In this document: piece after piece, positions 12,787 to 27,343 of the stretch | Layout: each line of letters opens with the position of its first letter | Numbering within the stretch: position 1 is the first letter of the stretch | Source: Guillardia theta CCMP2712 | Lineage: Eukaryota > Protista > Cryptophyta | DNA length: 64,000 bases | Direction: 5' to 3' | Assembly: GCF_000315625.1 (NCBI RefSeq) | Contig: NW_005434557.1 | Coordinates: forward strand, 36,866 to 100,865 | Notes under the pieces: model-generated | What the model was told of the DNA's origin: nothing | Database searches by the model: none | What the model saw: the letters and a program-made list of their open reading frames with translations, nothing else | Program-made: the position numbers and the translations under genes

Positions 12787-15700
12787 GTGGCCCATTCGTG
12801 GCGGGAAAAGCGAGGGGGGATGCAGGACGGTAATCACCAGAATGCTGCTTCGTCCAGAGCTCCTCCAAATCCAGAGAGGATGCCGCACTCAACAGGATTG
12901 TTACAATCTCTCTCCGATCTGAGAAACTCTTTCCTCACTTCCAGAGTGGATAGCAAGGGTGCTGCACGCATTGAGGATAGGAGTTGCCAACAATCAGGTT
13001 CTTCACTTCAGGAAAAGATTGCAGACAAATGCAATTCGCATAACTTCAGCATTTCAAGCAGAATGCCTTTCTTTCAGTTTGAAAAATTGGATTTACAAGA
13101 AAATTTTGCAATGAGAGGCAATTTTCCAGGAGTTGAACCGCTAGTTGAACCTACTCCTCTCACCCTTGGTTTGAATGCCAAATCGACACGAGTAACGGCT
13201 TTTTCTCCTTTTGACGGGCATTTTTCCAGTCCAATTGTTTTAGAGAAACATCAACAAAATGCTGTCAACATGCCCAAGATGAGTCTCTCGAATAGCTCTA
13301 CAAAACGAAAGCCTACTGTTGATGTAACCGAGCAACTTTTCACAAGCCGAAAAAAGCACTCAGATGCCAACAAATCACCAATCCTGAAGCAACCATCCCA
13401 GAGCCATCTGAAGAAACTCAATAGTCCAATCTTAAACAAATACAATCGTACATCTCCTGTAATTGAAAGGAATACTGGCCAAACTGAAAAAACAAGCAAT
13501 CAAGATTTAGATCAAACGAAAAATATACTAACTTCAACCAACTGGAAGAACGCAGGCAGAAGCAGCCGTCGGATGTCTCGATGGCACTTGTAGCGGACCA
13601 GCCCGGGACAGTTTCTGTCGAGGCCTCTGCAGATGAGGTCCAAGCCGGCGCGGTACTGCCAAGCGTGGACGAGCAGGGCAAGGTCGAGGGAGGCGATCAG
13701 AAGCAGCCGTCGGATGTCTCGATGGCACTTGTAGCGGACCAGCCCGGGACAGTTTCTGTCGAGGCCTCTGCAGATGAGGTCCAAGCCGGCGCGGTACTGC
13801 CAAGCGTGGACGAGCAGGGCAAGGTCGAGGGAGGCGAGCAGAAGCAGCCGTCAGATGTCTCGATGGCACTTGTAGCGGACCAGCCCGTTTCAAGCTTAGG
13901 TGATGCTGGATTGGATTTGTACTGTTCGGTATCGAATGATTTTCTATCAACATCTTGTAGTGAGGAAGGTTGATTGTGCTGTCTTCCTGTTGGTATTTTG
14001 ATGTTTTCCTTTTTTCATCGTTGTAGGTTTGTATCATAATGGAGGAATAGTTGACCATTCTTCAATTACGCCATTTGATCAGGGTGAAGATCTTAGTTGT
14101 TTTGCAGTTTTGTCTTTGAAATCTATTCCACAGACCTCATGCGTCAGGATTCAGCACAGTGTGGGAGACAGGTTCTACAAGGATCTTCATCTTACGAGAT
14201 GTAAGTAATCAAGCAATAGATCAAAATATTCACTTTACATGAGTTCCTGTAAAACTGTTGTTTCAGGGTGATGGAATTGTGTGCAAGCCAAAAGAACTAC
14301 ATGGAAGTTTTCAAACTTTTTCAAGCAATTCTTGAAACAGGAGTTGTTCCATCGCAAAAGATATTTGAAATTGTACAGTTCATCTGCTTGAATGGAAACT
14401 GTACCAGATTCTTGACGTCCATGATACTGGAAATGAAAAGAATAGTTGATGTTTGCATTGAGGCTCGTCAAGCGAGTGATGGAATACGGATCCCAATCGA
14501 AATTCCTCTTGATACATTTATTGGAGCAGTGAACAATCACTTATATGAAGAAGGTATATTGCTATGAAGAAGGTATGTCGAAATGATAAGAATACAGGTC
14601 TTCAATTGTTCATGAAACTATTGAGGAGCAAGGGGTCCATATATTCTTTGGAAGCTAGTAATTATTCACGACGGAAACTTTCCTTTAAGGTTTTATTCTT
14701 CTTCTAATCTTTTGTAATGTCAATGTCAGGCATATTTCTACTGTTGTGCTATGATTTGCAATTCACCGCTGCCATATCCTGATTTGTTATACTGTGGTGC
14801 CGACGAAATTGCTTTTGATACATCGGATGTGTGGTCATCCGCTATTGTTGCTTATTCAAATGCATTGGAGATTTCACATGCCCTTGAAGTGGTCAGAATA
14901 ATGGGAGAGAAGGGCGTACAAATCGAGATTGAAGCAGAATTACGGGTAATTAGTGCGGCTTCCATGGATCCGTTCACCGTGCATTTTGCTCTTCAAAGAA
15001 TTGACCTAGGTTGCAAGTCTGGAAGGTACTAATTGTTTTCAAGGCTTCATGTTTGTAAGTATGCTATTCACAGATTCCTTGAGGAAGAGCTCATTTTGAT
15101 ACTGAAACTGATTCTTGAATGCAAAAAATGCATAGATATGAACCATTGGAAGCGAATTCTCAATGTCTGTCTTCAGAATGGCATGCAATTATCCCCTGAA
15201 GTTCAAGAATTGAGCTTAGCAGCGGCTCTGAAATGTAGGAATTTTACATTCTGCAGAGAGTCGATATCAGATTTGGAAACGAGTGGCAGATCAGTTGATC
15301 CGCGGATAAGAGAGCTTGTCTCTCTTGAATTCAAAAAGAATGAGCAACCCGGGGATTTTGTACATGTTGATCTTGACGATGTTTATGATGGCAAAGCAAA
15401 GACAGACGCCGACCACTTGATTTCTCTGATTGGAAGGAGCATTAAAAATGGAAGGTATCAAATGCTTTGTTACGCATTGAATGCATTGTGAATGACATGA
15501 TTCGTAGGCTTGAACATTCATGTGAATTATGGATGGATTTGAAGAAACACTTCGGAAATGAACTTGCTATGAATATAAGTGAACCCTTAGTTTTGCACCT
15601 ATGCGGAGCTGGAAAAATTTCTATGGCAATGGACTTCATCGAGGAACACAACATTTCTATCACGTTTGAAAGTTTCAAGGCTGCTGTGAATGCAATTGTC

Positions 15701-16490
15701 TGCAACCTGATGAAGGAGTGCAGTGTTCGACCATGTGAAATGGATCATGCTGAGCAGATTGAGAAGCGAATTGCTTGTGAAAACATTCGAATCTTGATTG
15801 ATTGTGTTGTATCCACTCAAGGTTTGCATTATCAGGTCAAAAACCTTTTCCGATTGTCCTGTACAATTCATTCTGAAGTGTTTTGCAGATTTTCACCTTT
15901 GCGATCGAAGCATTTTCATGCATACCTTGTTCAGTCTCAGCCGCAGAAGAAATCATGCGATGTTACGAGGAGCTCAAAACAACGATTTATGAACCTTCCA
16001 TCAAAATATATGAAATCGTCGTTGAAAGTGCTGCTTGTGTACTGAGGGTTTGTATTTCCCATCGATTTGCGCGCTGAATAATAACAAACATAATCAGGAC
16101 GTGGAAACAACTGTACGTGTCCTTAACGAGGCAAGTCAAAACGGAATGGATCAGAGTGTGAAGATGAAGCGTGCCCTATGTTGTGTCTATGCATACAATG
16201 GAGAAATAGAACAAGCGACATGCATATTGGAGAGCATTGACCGAAGGGATGTCATGACAGTAGATTCTTGTATAGAGGCATTGTGCAGTGCCCATATCAA
16301 GGCTGGGGATCCAGTGAGTGCGCAACAGCTCGTGAAAGATATGGCTCATTCTTCGGAGGAAATAATTCAGCGGATTATCGAGGGATTTTGTCGGAACAGA
16401 GACGTGAAGAATGCACTTTTGTGCTTTGTTGAATCTGTCAATCCAAAAGCGTTGAAGCAACTGGACGAGATCATTCTCAGAATGGAGTGA
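12787..16490 (+). CDS. Large multi-exon protein with disordered N-terminus and PPR-like helical repeats
   Basis: Consecutive plus-strand ORFs separated by short introns. PPR-like segments: SAIVAYSNALEISHALEVVRIMGEKGV, ALCCVYAYNGEIEQATCILESI, IIEGFCRNRDVKNALLCF. Ends are approximate. Confidence 0.65.
13557..13886 (+). repeat. 141-bp coding tandem repeat (47 aa, ~2.3 copies)
   Basis: ATGGCACTTGTAGCGGACC at 13581, 13722 and 13863; peptide MALVADQPGTVSVEASADEVQAGAVLPSVDEQGKVEGGDQKQPSDVS. Confidence 0.95.
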
Positions 16491-16678
16491 GTTGCAGGTG
16501 ACAGCTTCATTCTCTTACAGGTCTCTTACATACTGCAAGATAAAATCAGGGCATTTTCCACCAGCATTAGAGTCAGATTGTTCTCACCAAGGCATTGGGG
16601 ATATTTCTTGGCCTCAAAAAAGATGAATTGAGCATACCTCTTCACGTTGTCGTGCCCAACATCCATCTCAACCATCTC

Positions 16679-18061
16679 CTACACATCCATGGACTCACGA
16701 AGCGCCGTGATCGAAAATCTTGTTCTTACCCGGTTACAGACACACCAGCCCTCAGGAGGATTGAGTTGCAAGCTGAAGTTGATTCCCTTTTGATTGACTC
16801 GCATCCCCTTGGATACAGCCTTGGCTTTCAGCTCCTCAGCCGTCAGATGCTGCGCCTCCTCTTCCATGGCCTGCGCTGGAGTTGTTTGCGCTTCGTCCGC
16901 GGGTTTCTGCTTGGCCTTGACGATGCGGCTGGAAGCCAAAGTTGAGACGCCGAGCCCGTACCGGAAAACTTCGCCGGGCCCCACGTCATGCCTGGGGGCG
17001 CATCTGCTCTTGCCGTCAACGAGATGGAGAGAAGAAGCGACACGGTTGGGTACCGATCTGTTGCTACCACAGTGATGTTGTTCTCGTTCTCCTGCACCTG
17101 CACACCTTTGTGACGAGAACGTCCTCCTCCTGCTCGCCGCACCTTCATCCAGTGAACGTTGTCCCTGCCCGTCACCGAGCTGACTGGGACGATGTTCGAT
17201 CGGAAGGCAACCGACTCCACGTGCAGTTTGATCAAGACGACATGGAACGAGCCTTCGAAGGTCTTCACAAACTTGAGCTCGAAGGTCAATTCGCGATCGC
17301 CTGCACAGCAAACTCCCTCATCCTCTGTTCGCAGCACCCAGCAGATCATACGCAGCTTGTCGTTGAGCACGTGACAGTAGGCCCCGATCCTCTTGAGGTC
17401 GAAGGCAACCTGCTGGAGCTGAGCGTGCGAAAGGGGAAAGGAGGGGGATGGGAGGGGGAAGGGAGGGGGAAGGGACTTTCTTACCATCATCCTCATATAC
17501 ATCAAGTAGATCACGGAGAGCACGAGCCCGAACCCTGTCAGAGCTCCAAAGATTGCTCCTGCAAGCTCATTCACCTCCCGCAGCCGAGCTCGAGGAACCG
17601 CAGGTCGTCTCCTTCACCTGGTGGTATCGACGCGTTCTTCCTCAGAGCTCCTTCTAAGATCTGAAAGTCCATTAGCTCCTCGTCCCCCATTCTCTCCCTG
17701 CTGTCACCGCCCCGATCACTCCGAGCATCACGGCCGGCAGCCAGACGAGCTTGGGGAGGATGCCATAGACGAAGCCGCAGTTGAGAGCGGTGATGATCTC
17801 CTTCCACTCCTCCCTGCTCATCCTCTCCTGTAGGATCACAGGGAACTTCTCGTCGAACCCCCACGTCCTGAGGAGGCTGCTGCAGCCATACCTGCTCCAG
17901 CGGTACTTGAGGAGGTACTCCCCCGAGCCCACCAGCCCCATCCTCTCCCACCTCTCACCCTCAGCCAGCTTCAGCTCCCGCGATGGCTCTACGACCACCT
18001 TGACTTGTTCCGTCCCTGCTTCTCCGTTCGCTTGCCCGTCTCTGTGTTTGTACCGCACCAT
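16679..18061 (-). CDS. Membrane protein, possibly Erf4/Golgin-A7-like domain (multi-exon)
   Basis: GFDEKFPVILQERMSREEWKEIITALN resembles the Erf4 F..xP..L..xIS.EEF..xI.xxN motif. Two hydrophobic helices follow (LVWLPAVMLGVIGA; GAIFGALTGFGLVLSVIYLMYM). Confidence 0.45.
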
Positions 18062-18522
18062 CCTCAACTCTCCCCTCCTCTCTCCTCCTTCACGCTCAAC
18101 GGACCTGCTCCTCTTCTCCCTCGCTCCTCTGCCCCCTCCTCTAGCTTGCGCCATCTGGGCTCTTCCTCGGAGGAGCCATTTACCAAACCGTTGCTGTCAA
18201 GCTTGACAAGCTTGACAAACATGAAAAACTTGACAGACAGAGAGGGAGGGAGGGAGGGAGGGAGGGAGGGAGGGGAGGTTGCAATCTGAAAGAGGGAGGA
18301 TGAGGAAAGTTGAGAAACGTAAGAGAAGATAGGAGAGCAGAGCAGGTGTGTAGGTGTATGAGACAGCAGGAGGGCAATCGAGTTGAGATGAGAGGGGATA
18401 CATACCAATCCTCTTGCTCCTCCCCCATCCTCTCCCACTCGTTTCTTCCTTGTCCTCCCACCTCTCCACTCCCTCTCCCTCCTCTAGCGGTCAGCTGAAG
18501 GTGACCAGCAGGATTGTTGACC

Positions 18523-21500
18523 ATGCCTCCCTGGTCGGTGGAAGACGAAAGAGCGCAGGACATGCTCGTGCTCAGCAACATCGCGATGGAGCTGGAAGCC
18601 TCTGCTCCTCAGCGACACAATGCATCTCAGATCCTCCTGGTAGCTTCTCCCTCCTCTCCCTCCTCTCCCTCCTCTCCCTCCTTCCTCCTCTCCCTCCTCT
18701 CCCTCCTCTCCTTCCTGTACCTCCTGTACCTCCTGTACCTCCTGTACCTCCTGTACCTCCTGTACCTTCCCTACCTCCCCTACCTCCTCTACCTCCTCTC
18801 TCCTCTCTACCCCCTCTCCCTCCTCGTCGCATTGTTTCCACGTCATCGCTGCTTTCCAAACCATTCTCCTCTCTTCCTTTCTTGCCTTGTCTCGTCCTCG
18901 TCCTTGTGCCCTTCCTGTTTCTTCCTTGTTTTCCTGCCTCTCTCGTCCCTCCCTTCCTCTTCCTCTTCCTCCTTGTCCGCGGCATGACGAACCTCTCTTC
19001 GCAGAAACTGCTGGAGGATGGCAAGGGAGAGGCCATCGGAGCATCGTCCTCCCTCGCTCATGCGCTCAATCAGATGCTTTGCGACAAGTCCGGCATGAAG
19101 GCGCACAAGGTCTCCTCGGAGCTAGCGCTCAGGCTCCTCATCAAGATCTTCGTGTGGAGCAAGGCCAAGATCTGCGAGGAGGAGCTTCTGGTAGCGCGAT
19201 GCCGCCGCTGCTGCTTCCTTGACCCTCGTGCAGGTCAACACGCTAGAGGACAAGGTCGAACAGTTCCGACACTCCAACGCTGCGACTCATGCCGGCATGG
19301 CATGCCTCGCACACTCCCTCCTCCTCGCCTGCAACAAGCTCTCTCTCGGAACCGCAGCATCCTACAGGCAAGACCTCCTGCTGTCTTGTCCTGCTGTCTT
19401 GTCCTGCTGTCTTGTCCTGCTGTCTTGTCCTGCTGTCTTGTCCTGCTGTCTTGTCCTGCTGTCTTGTCCTGCTGTCTTGTCCTGCTGTCTTGTCCTGCTG
19501 TCTTGTCCTGCTGTCTTGTCCTGCTGTCTTGTCCTGCTGTCTTGTCCTGCTGTCTTGTCCTGCTGTCTTGTCCTGCTGTCTTGTCCTGCTGTCTTGTCCT
19601 GCTTCCCAGTCCCTTCCGCTCATCTCCACACACACACACTCCTCCCTCCTTCCTCCTTCCTCCTTGCTCCTTCCTCCTTCCTCCTTCCTCCTTGCTCCTC
19701 CCTCCTCCCTCCTCCTTTCTTTCTCAGCACTTCCTCGCCATAACGCCTCCTCTGCCTGCAGCTACTGGCAAATCTCGACCGTCCTCGACCTTCTCTCCAA
19801 CGCGATCTTCTTGCGCGAAGACTCCAAGAGCCTCGGGGTCGCCGTGTGTGAAGTTCTCAGCGGCCTATTCGTCATGGCGCACAACCCAGACAACAGAGCA
19901 TGCATCATGGAAGGAAAGGAGATCTTTGAGGTAGGACACCTTCCTCCTCCTCCTCTCCTCCTCTGCTCCTCCTCCTCTCCTCCTCTGCTCCTCCTCCTCT
20001 GCTCCTCTGCTCCTCTGCTCCTCCTCTGCCCCTCCTCTGCTCCTCCTTTTCTGATTTTCCTCCTTTTCTTCTCCCTTCTCCTCTGATCCCTTTGCCCTAC
20101 AGCGTATCATCCATGGTTGGAAGCAATTTGTAGTTCCCTTGTGGATGCCGACTGCTGTCAGTCTTGAGGTCAGGAAACTCTCCTTGTCCTTGTCCTTGTC
20201 CTTGTCCTTGTCCTCGTCCTTGTCCTCGTCCTCGTCCTCGTCCTGGGCTCCTCCTATCTTGCTCCTTCTCTTGTCCTCTGACAAGCTATCAGGGACAGGA
20301 GATCTTCTGTAATTCAGATCTGGACATAACGGTAAGGAAGAGGGAGGGAGGGAGGGAGGGAGAGAGGATGAGAGTCCTGCCTCAGATCTGCCTGCTGTAC
20401 ATNNNNNNNNNNNNNNNNNNNNNNNNNNNNNNNNNNNNNNNNNNNNNNNNNNNNNNNNNNNNNNNNNNNNNNNNNNNNNNNNNNNNNNNNNNNNNNNNNN
20501 NNATCTTCCCGTCTCCTCATGCAACCACGTGTCCTCTGCTCTGACACGCTCGCAGAGACATTGTGGAGAATGCTTCCTCTGCCACTGCTCGTCGTTTCGG
20601 AGGGAAGGTGAAATGCAGGAGGAGGACGACGGAGGAGGGGGGGGGAAGGAAGAGGAGGGAGGGTAGAAGGAGGGTTGGGGCGGGGAGGGGAAGAGGAAGG
20701 TTGGACTTGTATGAACTTCATTTGCCAGCTGCTGTACCTCTTGTCATCTTTTGGTGACAGCAAGAAAGAGGCAATGAGCAAACTCGCAGCTACCAACAAA
20801 AATCAGCTGGTGATGATGGACAATGATGACAATGATGATGACAATGATGATGACAATGATGATGATGATGTTGTTGTTGATGATTATGACAATGATGATG
20901 GAGATGGAGATGGAGATGGAGATGGAGATGATGATCATTAATTGGGGAGGAGGAGGAGACTTATCAGATCACGGCAGGCATTTGCTGGGTATCCTCTCCG
21001 ATCGACAGCTTCGGACAAGTTGGGAGTCAACTGGCAGGGCGAGCGATCGTCGAGCTGGCAGGAAGAGAATGCAAGGATGATGGCAGGAGGAGGAGAAACT
21101 GAGGAACTGGAGGAGGTGAGGAGGGTCTGTCGTGGAGGAAGTGATAACGGTCGGCGGCAGGAGAGGAGGAGCAGGACCAAGAGGGGGAGGAGACAAGGGA
21201 TACAGAGACGTGGGTGAGGAGAGAGGAGAGTCTTCCTCGAACGTTTGCCAAGATCGTGAGGAGGATGGGGAGGGAGTTGGGGATGGAGGAAGGAAAGTTT
21301 GTGATGGACATCTCGGAGGAAGCTCTGAAGCAGCTGGAGCATGAGCTACATCAGCATGTGACAGATGCGAAGAGAGTGAAGGAGAACTACGAAAGGATGC
21401 TGGAAATCTCGCAGAACAGGTGACACGTCGAAGATACATGAGGGGATGTTGTGGTTGGACGAGTGATTGCTGGAGGAGGTTGTGTTTTGTTCGTGATCAG

Positions 21501-21617
21501 GTTGTTCGTTGTCATGTTGTTGGTCCAGTTCATGGAGCTGATGATGATGGACAATGTTGACAATGACAATGACAATGATGATGGAGTTGATGACAATGAT
21601 GACAATAATGATGATAT

Positions 21618-21661
<44 letters not shown>

Positions 21662-22524
21662 ATGATGATGGAAATAACAATGACAATGACAATGACAATG
21701 GCAATGACAAGATGATGCTGAAGATGATGATGACAATGATGATGATGATGGAGATGATGATGATGACGGTGATAACTTTGCTCTTAAATGTCTCATTTGC
21801 TTTTTCACGCTCTCCCTGTTCGAACTAACTATGCACACCCCGCAGGTACCTCACTCTCAGAGCAAGGTTTAAGAGAAACTCGCACAACGTGGTAAGGAGG
21901 ATACATGCCTCGCAGCAAGCAGCCTCCTTCGACCTCTTCCTCCTCAGCGTCAGGAAGTCGAAGTTAGAGCGTCAGCGGCTGAAACGAGCGATACAAACAT
22001 GGCGACACGTCGGCATGTCCGGGGTCGAGAGCTGCTTCGACGACTGGAAGAACGCAGTGAGGATGGAGCGAGTGCTGAGAGAGAGCGAAGAGCACAGGAG
22101 CGGAAGGCTGACAGCTGAAGAGTCTCTTGCTCGCCACCAGACCTCCGTGTCCAACATGCTCGCCAAGATCGACAACCTCGAGCACGAGCTCCGCCTGTCC
22201 CGCGCGAAGACGGAAGAGCTGGAGGAGGTGCTAAGGGAGCGAGAGGAGGAGGGGGAGGAGAATTGTGCGATGTGCGAGGAGAGGAGGATGGAGAACGAGT
22301 CTCTTCTCGATCAGTTGTCAGCGTTGCAGGAGGAAAGAGATGCGGCTGAGGAGAAGATGAGGGTGAAGGAAGAAACTTTCTGCACGTCAGCGAGAAGTTG
22401 CGGTATGCTGAGCGGAGCATTGTTGAGCTCGAGGAGAGGGTGAGAGAGCTGGAGGAGGAGACGTGCAGGATGGAAGATGCAGAGGGGGATGCAGATGAAG
22501 ACACCCTTGTTGACAGAAACGAGG

Positions 22525-22572
<48 letters not shown>

Positions 22573-23099
22573 CAATGATGATGATGATGATGAGGATGGC
22601 GATGGCGATGGAGATGGAGATGATGATGATGGCGATGGAGATGGAGATGATGGAGATGGAGATGGAGATGATGAGATGGAGATGATGGAGATGATGGAGA
22701 TGATGATGATGATGATGATGATGATGAATGATGATGATGACAATAATGATGATGATGACGATGACAATTTTGATGAATATGACATTGACAATCATGCATC
22801 TGATGATGATGATGATGACGACGACGGAGATGGCGATGGGAGTAACATGTTTGCATCGACAGCATTCCATCTCTCCCTTCCCCTGGAGGAAGAGGATCGA
22901 GATCGAGCCGATAGGAGGAGGAGCAGGAGATTCGGATTCAGTTTTCTCAATGAGGAGCAGCAGCGCCATCGCACCGAGCGAGGTAACGTGACTTGTCGCT
23001 TCTCCTCCTGACGGCGATGAAGGTGGCAGGAATCTCACACAAGCTCTTGGTAGACAACAACATCATCTCCATCCTCGTCGCAGAGATCGTCCAAGTGAG

Positions 23100-23136
<37 letters not shown>

Positions 23137-26100
23137 TGCTTTCCTTGCTCCTCAGTCATCTGCTCTCATTTTGCTTCTCCTGCTTCTCCTCCTCTCATCT
23201 TGCTGCTGCTGCTGCTGCTCCTCCTCCTCCTCCTCCTAGTGCTGCTGCTCTTGCTATGAAGCTTCTCCCGCCTTCCCTTGATCTCTACAGCCCAATTGCT
23301 TTCTTACCCGAGCAACAGATCAAGGTGGTGACGGACCACCCCTCTTCTCCAGCCTCTTCTCCTCCCTCCACCACTAGCCCGTGAACGATCGGGAGTGTTT
23401 TACAATTTTCTCGGGGGACTCCCTTGNNNNNNNNNNNNNNNNNNNNNNNNNNNNNNNNNNNNNNNNNNNNNNNNNNNNNNNNNNNNNNNNNNNNNNNNNN
23501 NNNNNNNNNNNNNNNNNNNNNNNNNNNNNNNNNNNNNNNNNNNNNNNNNNNNNNNNNNNNNNNNNNNNNNNNNNNNNNNNNNNNNNNNNNNNNNNNNNNN
23601 NNNNNNNNNNNNNNNNNNNNNNNNNNNNNNNCCTCTCCTCTCCTCTCCTCTCCTCTCCTCTCCTCTCCTCTCCTCTCCTCTCCTCTCCTCTCCTCTCCTC
23701 TCCTCTTTTCTCCTCTCCTCTCCTCTCACTGGACTTGTCAGCTTCTATCGATCACGTCCTGTGGACTAACAAGTTCGAGTCGTTTTGGAAGGAAATCTTT
23801 AGACAAATTCAGGTTCACCTGCTCCTGCTCTTGCTCCTGCTCTTGCTCCTGCTGTTGCTGTTGCTGGTTCACCTCCTCTACCTTCACTTTCTCCTCTTCC
23901 TCTTCCTCCTCCTCCTTTCAGCTCCCAACTTGTCTGTTCCGCACCTACACTTGTCATCATCATCTAAGTCGTTTCCATTCATCTTCATTCTTTTTGCTCC
24001 TTCTCAACATTCTCTCAGGTCATGAAGAAGAAAATCTCAAACCTGTCCAAGGAGATCGAAAGAAGCGCTCCCTCCCGGTCTCCTGCTCCCCTCCCTTGCT
24101 CTTCCTTCTCCGTATCATATCCCTTGCTGGTGGTGGTGGTGGTGGTGGTGGTGGTGTTGCTGGTGCTGTCAAGTATCTTCTGCACTTCTTTTTCTTGTAT
24201 TTTTGCTCTTTCTTCTCTACTCTTCAACTTGTAATCTCATGATTTACAAGCAGACAAGTGTACTTCATTCCTGAAAGTCCTCAAACCTCAGAGGTCCTCC
24301 TTCTCCCTCCATCTTCTCCTTCCTCTCGTTTCACTTCTCCTTTCCCCGATTTCTTTCCTTTCTTCTCCTTTCTTCTCCTTTCTTCTTCCCCCCCTCCTCC
24401 CTCCTCCCTTCCTTCACCGCTCCTCTCCTCCTCTCCTCACCGTCTCCTCCTCACCCTCCTCCAGATGGTCAACCTCATTCTCCAGCTGGTCCAAGACGCA
24501 AAGAAGATCCTCTCGCGAGAGGCTCGTTCCCTCCTCCAGTACTACAACCGAGCAGAGAAGCTTGATCCTTCTGCTCCTCCCACTTCTACAGGTACCTCCA
24601 TCCCCTGCCTCCTTCCCCCTCCCCTACTCCATCCTTCTTCTCCCTACCTCCCACTCTCTCCTCTGCTCCTTCTTCTCCCTACCTCCCACTCTACTCTGCT
24701 CCTTCTTCTCCCTACCTCCCTCCCTGTTTCTGACTTCTCTCCTCCTCTTTTCCATTTCTCCTCACCGCTCTGCTCTGATCTGCTCGCCTCCTCCTCCCCC
24801 TCCTCTGCTTCTTACGCTGCTCAAGTCTCGCTGAGACCTGCGCCGCCTCCTCCTCAAGCTTCGCATCTCATCGAGCTCGTCGAGCTCGAGCTCGAGCCCA
24901 ACTGGGAGAGCTGTGCAGACAAGAACGTCTCCTGCTCCATCCTTGCCGCTGACGTCGCCGCTTGTCTCGGCATCCCTCGCCAAACGGTTCTCTTCTACCC
25001 TGCAGCTGCAGCTGCTGCAGCTGCAGCTGCAGCTGCTGCTCTTCTTGTTCTCATGCCTCTCTTCCTGTTTCCGCCTGCTCTATCGCTCTTCCTCTCCATG
25101 TGCCGAACGCTGAGCTTGAGGAGCAGGTTCACGCAGGAGGCGTTGACAGCAGGACGAATAGATGTCTCCTCGTCCTCACCTCCTTCCTGGTGCCTTTGAT
25201 CTGCCGTCCTCCCCTCCACCTTCCCGTCTTGTTCTTGCCATGCTCTAGCCAGACTGCCTGACAGGAGATTTTCATCAGGACATGACGGCTGCACAAATCT
25301 TTTCTCTTATGGCGACCATGGTCTTTCCTGCATTACTTCCTCCTCCCTCATCCTCGCTCTCCTCGCTCCTCTTCTCTCTCTCTTTCTCAGACAGAGCGAA
25401 CGTCTGACCTTGCAGCAGGTGGCGGACGAGAAGAGCTCTCTCCGAACGCAGACTTGCGTCCGCGCTGTCTCCCGCGTCACCTCCCTACTCAAAGACGTCA
25501 AGTCACTTGCTCCTAATCGCGCTCGGCTCGTCTCCTCCCTAGCCAGCATGAAGGCTCTACATGCATCCGCTCCTGTCTCAGGTGATCTCCTAAGTTGCCT
25601 GCTTCTCCTTGCTATTACTCCTCCCTCCGCCCTCCTCCCTCCGCCCTCCGCCCTCCCTCCAGTCTGTACAGCATTTTAGCTTTTGCTCTTCACCTCCTCT
25701 CCTCTCTCAGAGTTCCTCCCTCCATCCTCTTTCCTTCACCCTTCCCTTCCACTTTCTTCTTCCTCACACTTACAACTTCATCTTGTCAGATAACTCAACT
25801 CAGCTCACGGATCTTTCCTTTCACATGCTTGAAGCAAGATGCGAAACTCTCAGTACAGTAAGTGCAACTGCTGCTGCTGCTCCTCCTCCTCCTCCTCCTC
25901 CTCCTTCTCTTTCTCCTTCTCCTTCTCCTCCTCGTCCCTCCAGCCCCTCCTCTCTCTCCACTACTCCCTCCCCTTCTCATGAGCACTTCCTCCGTCTCTC
26001 TCGTTCTTCTCGTTTCGTATTGTGCTGTTTACTTTGTCTCCTCTCTCCTCTCCGCCTTGCCTTCCTCCCTCAACGCCCCCCCACCACCTTCCCCCCGTTC

Positions 26101-26905
26101 GTCCTCCCTCCCTTCCCCCCTCCCCCCCTGGTTGTCCTCCCCTCCCCCCCCCCCCCTCCCCCTCGCTCTCTTCTCACCATGGTGGCTCAGGTTCTGCACG
26201 AGCTCGTCAAGGTGCTTGTTCAAAAGATGCGCAAGGACGTGAGGAAGTCGACAGTCAGGTCAGAGGAAGCGAGCAAGAGGAAACTGGTGGAGATGGAGGA
26301 GGATGAAGACGATGATGTGGACGAGGACGAGGACGAGGTCGAGGTCGAGGTCGAGGAAGGGATGACAAGAAGAAGAGAGGCAAAGGGGAGGAGGAGGAGC
26401 ATTTCTTCTCGTCTTTGTCCTTACCTCGTATCAGAATGTCAGGGTTGTCAAACAGCAGCTCGCTCCCAGCTGTAATCAGTCTCCTCCTGTCCCCCGGGGC
26501 CTGACAGCTTGACAGGCTTGCTACAGCCAGTCCAGCAGCGGCAGGTCTTCTCCTTCCAGTGGCCTCTTCTGGGAGAGCTTGCAGGTCCTCTCCCTCTCCC
26601 TCTCCCTCTCCCTCTCCCTCTCCCTCTCCCCTTCTCTCGCCTCTCCTCTCCTCTCTCTCTGCTCCTTCAAGGGTTTCTCGCCTCTCCTCTCGTCGTCTCT
26701 GATTTCACTCACCCACTTCTAGAACGTCGCCTTTGAGGAGAGGATAGCTGCTGTCCGAGACGCGTCAGTCCTCCCAGCCTTTCCCTCCGTCCTCACCCTC
26801 ATTCCTCCTTGTTCCTCCTCCTCCTCCTCCACTACCAACACTTCCACCTCCTCAACTTTCACTCCTATTTCCGCTCTTTCCCGCCATCACCCTGCCTTCC
26901 AATAT

Positions 26906-26980
<75 letters not shown>

Positions 26981-27343
26981 TTCTTAACCCAGCCTCCTCC
27001 TCATATCGTCCTTTCCTCCTTGTCTAAGCTCCTCAGCAGTTTTCTCAACGAGGAGCATCTCCTCTATCACGTCGGCAACCCCTACGAGATTAGGAGCACA
27101 TCATCCGTTCCAGGTCGAAGAGCACCTTGCAATCCCAACCTCTTGCTTCCTCTCCTCTGCTCTCCTCTCTGCTCGCTGCTCTCCTATCTCCTCTGCTCTC
27201 CTCTGCTCTCCGCCCCTTACCTCTCGCCTCTCCTAGAATGCATCATCTTGACAGTTACTAACCCGCCACGCTCTTCCCTCCTCTTGTTCTGTTGCTGCGT
27301 ATCTTCTCCTCTCTCCCCACAGACAGTGAATTCTCCGCCGTAA
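18523..27343 (+). CDS. Large many-exon helical (ARM-like) / coiled-coil protein; may be more than one gene
   Basis: Short coding-like exons between microsatellite introns, e.g. KLLEDGKGE..LALRLLIKIFVW, STVLDLLSNAIFL..CEVLSGLFVMAHNPDNRACI, coiled coil LEHELRLSRAKTEELEEVLRERE. No diagnostic motif; spans two N gaps. Confidence 0.5.
19378..19602. repeat. 13-bp intronic tandem repeat (CTGTCTTGTCCTG), ~17 copies
   Basis: Direct reading of perfect 13-mer periodicity. Confidence 0.95.
20814..22840. repeat. Cluster of intronic (GAT)n-type microsatellites (20814-20937, 21540-21770, 22524-22840)
   Basis: GATGAT/GACAAT/GATGGA runs that generate spurious poly-M/D/H/S ORFs. Confidence 0.9.

Noticed and set aside
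21451-23038. Poly-His/Met/Asp/Ile ORFs
   Set aside because: Frames of intronic (GAT)n repeats.
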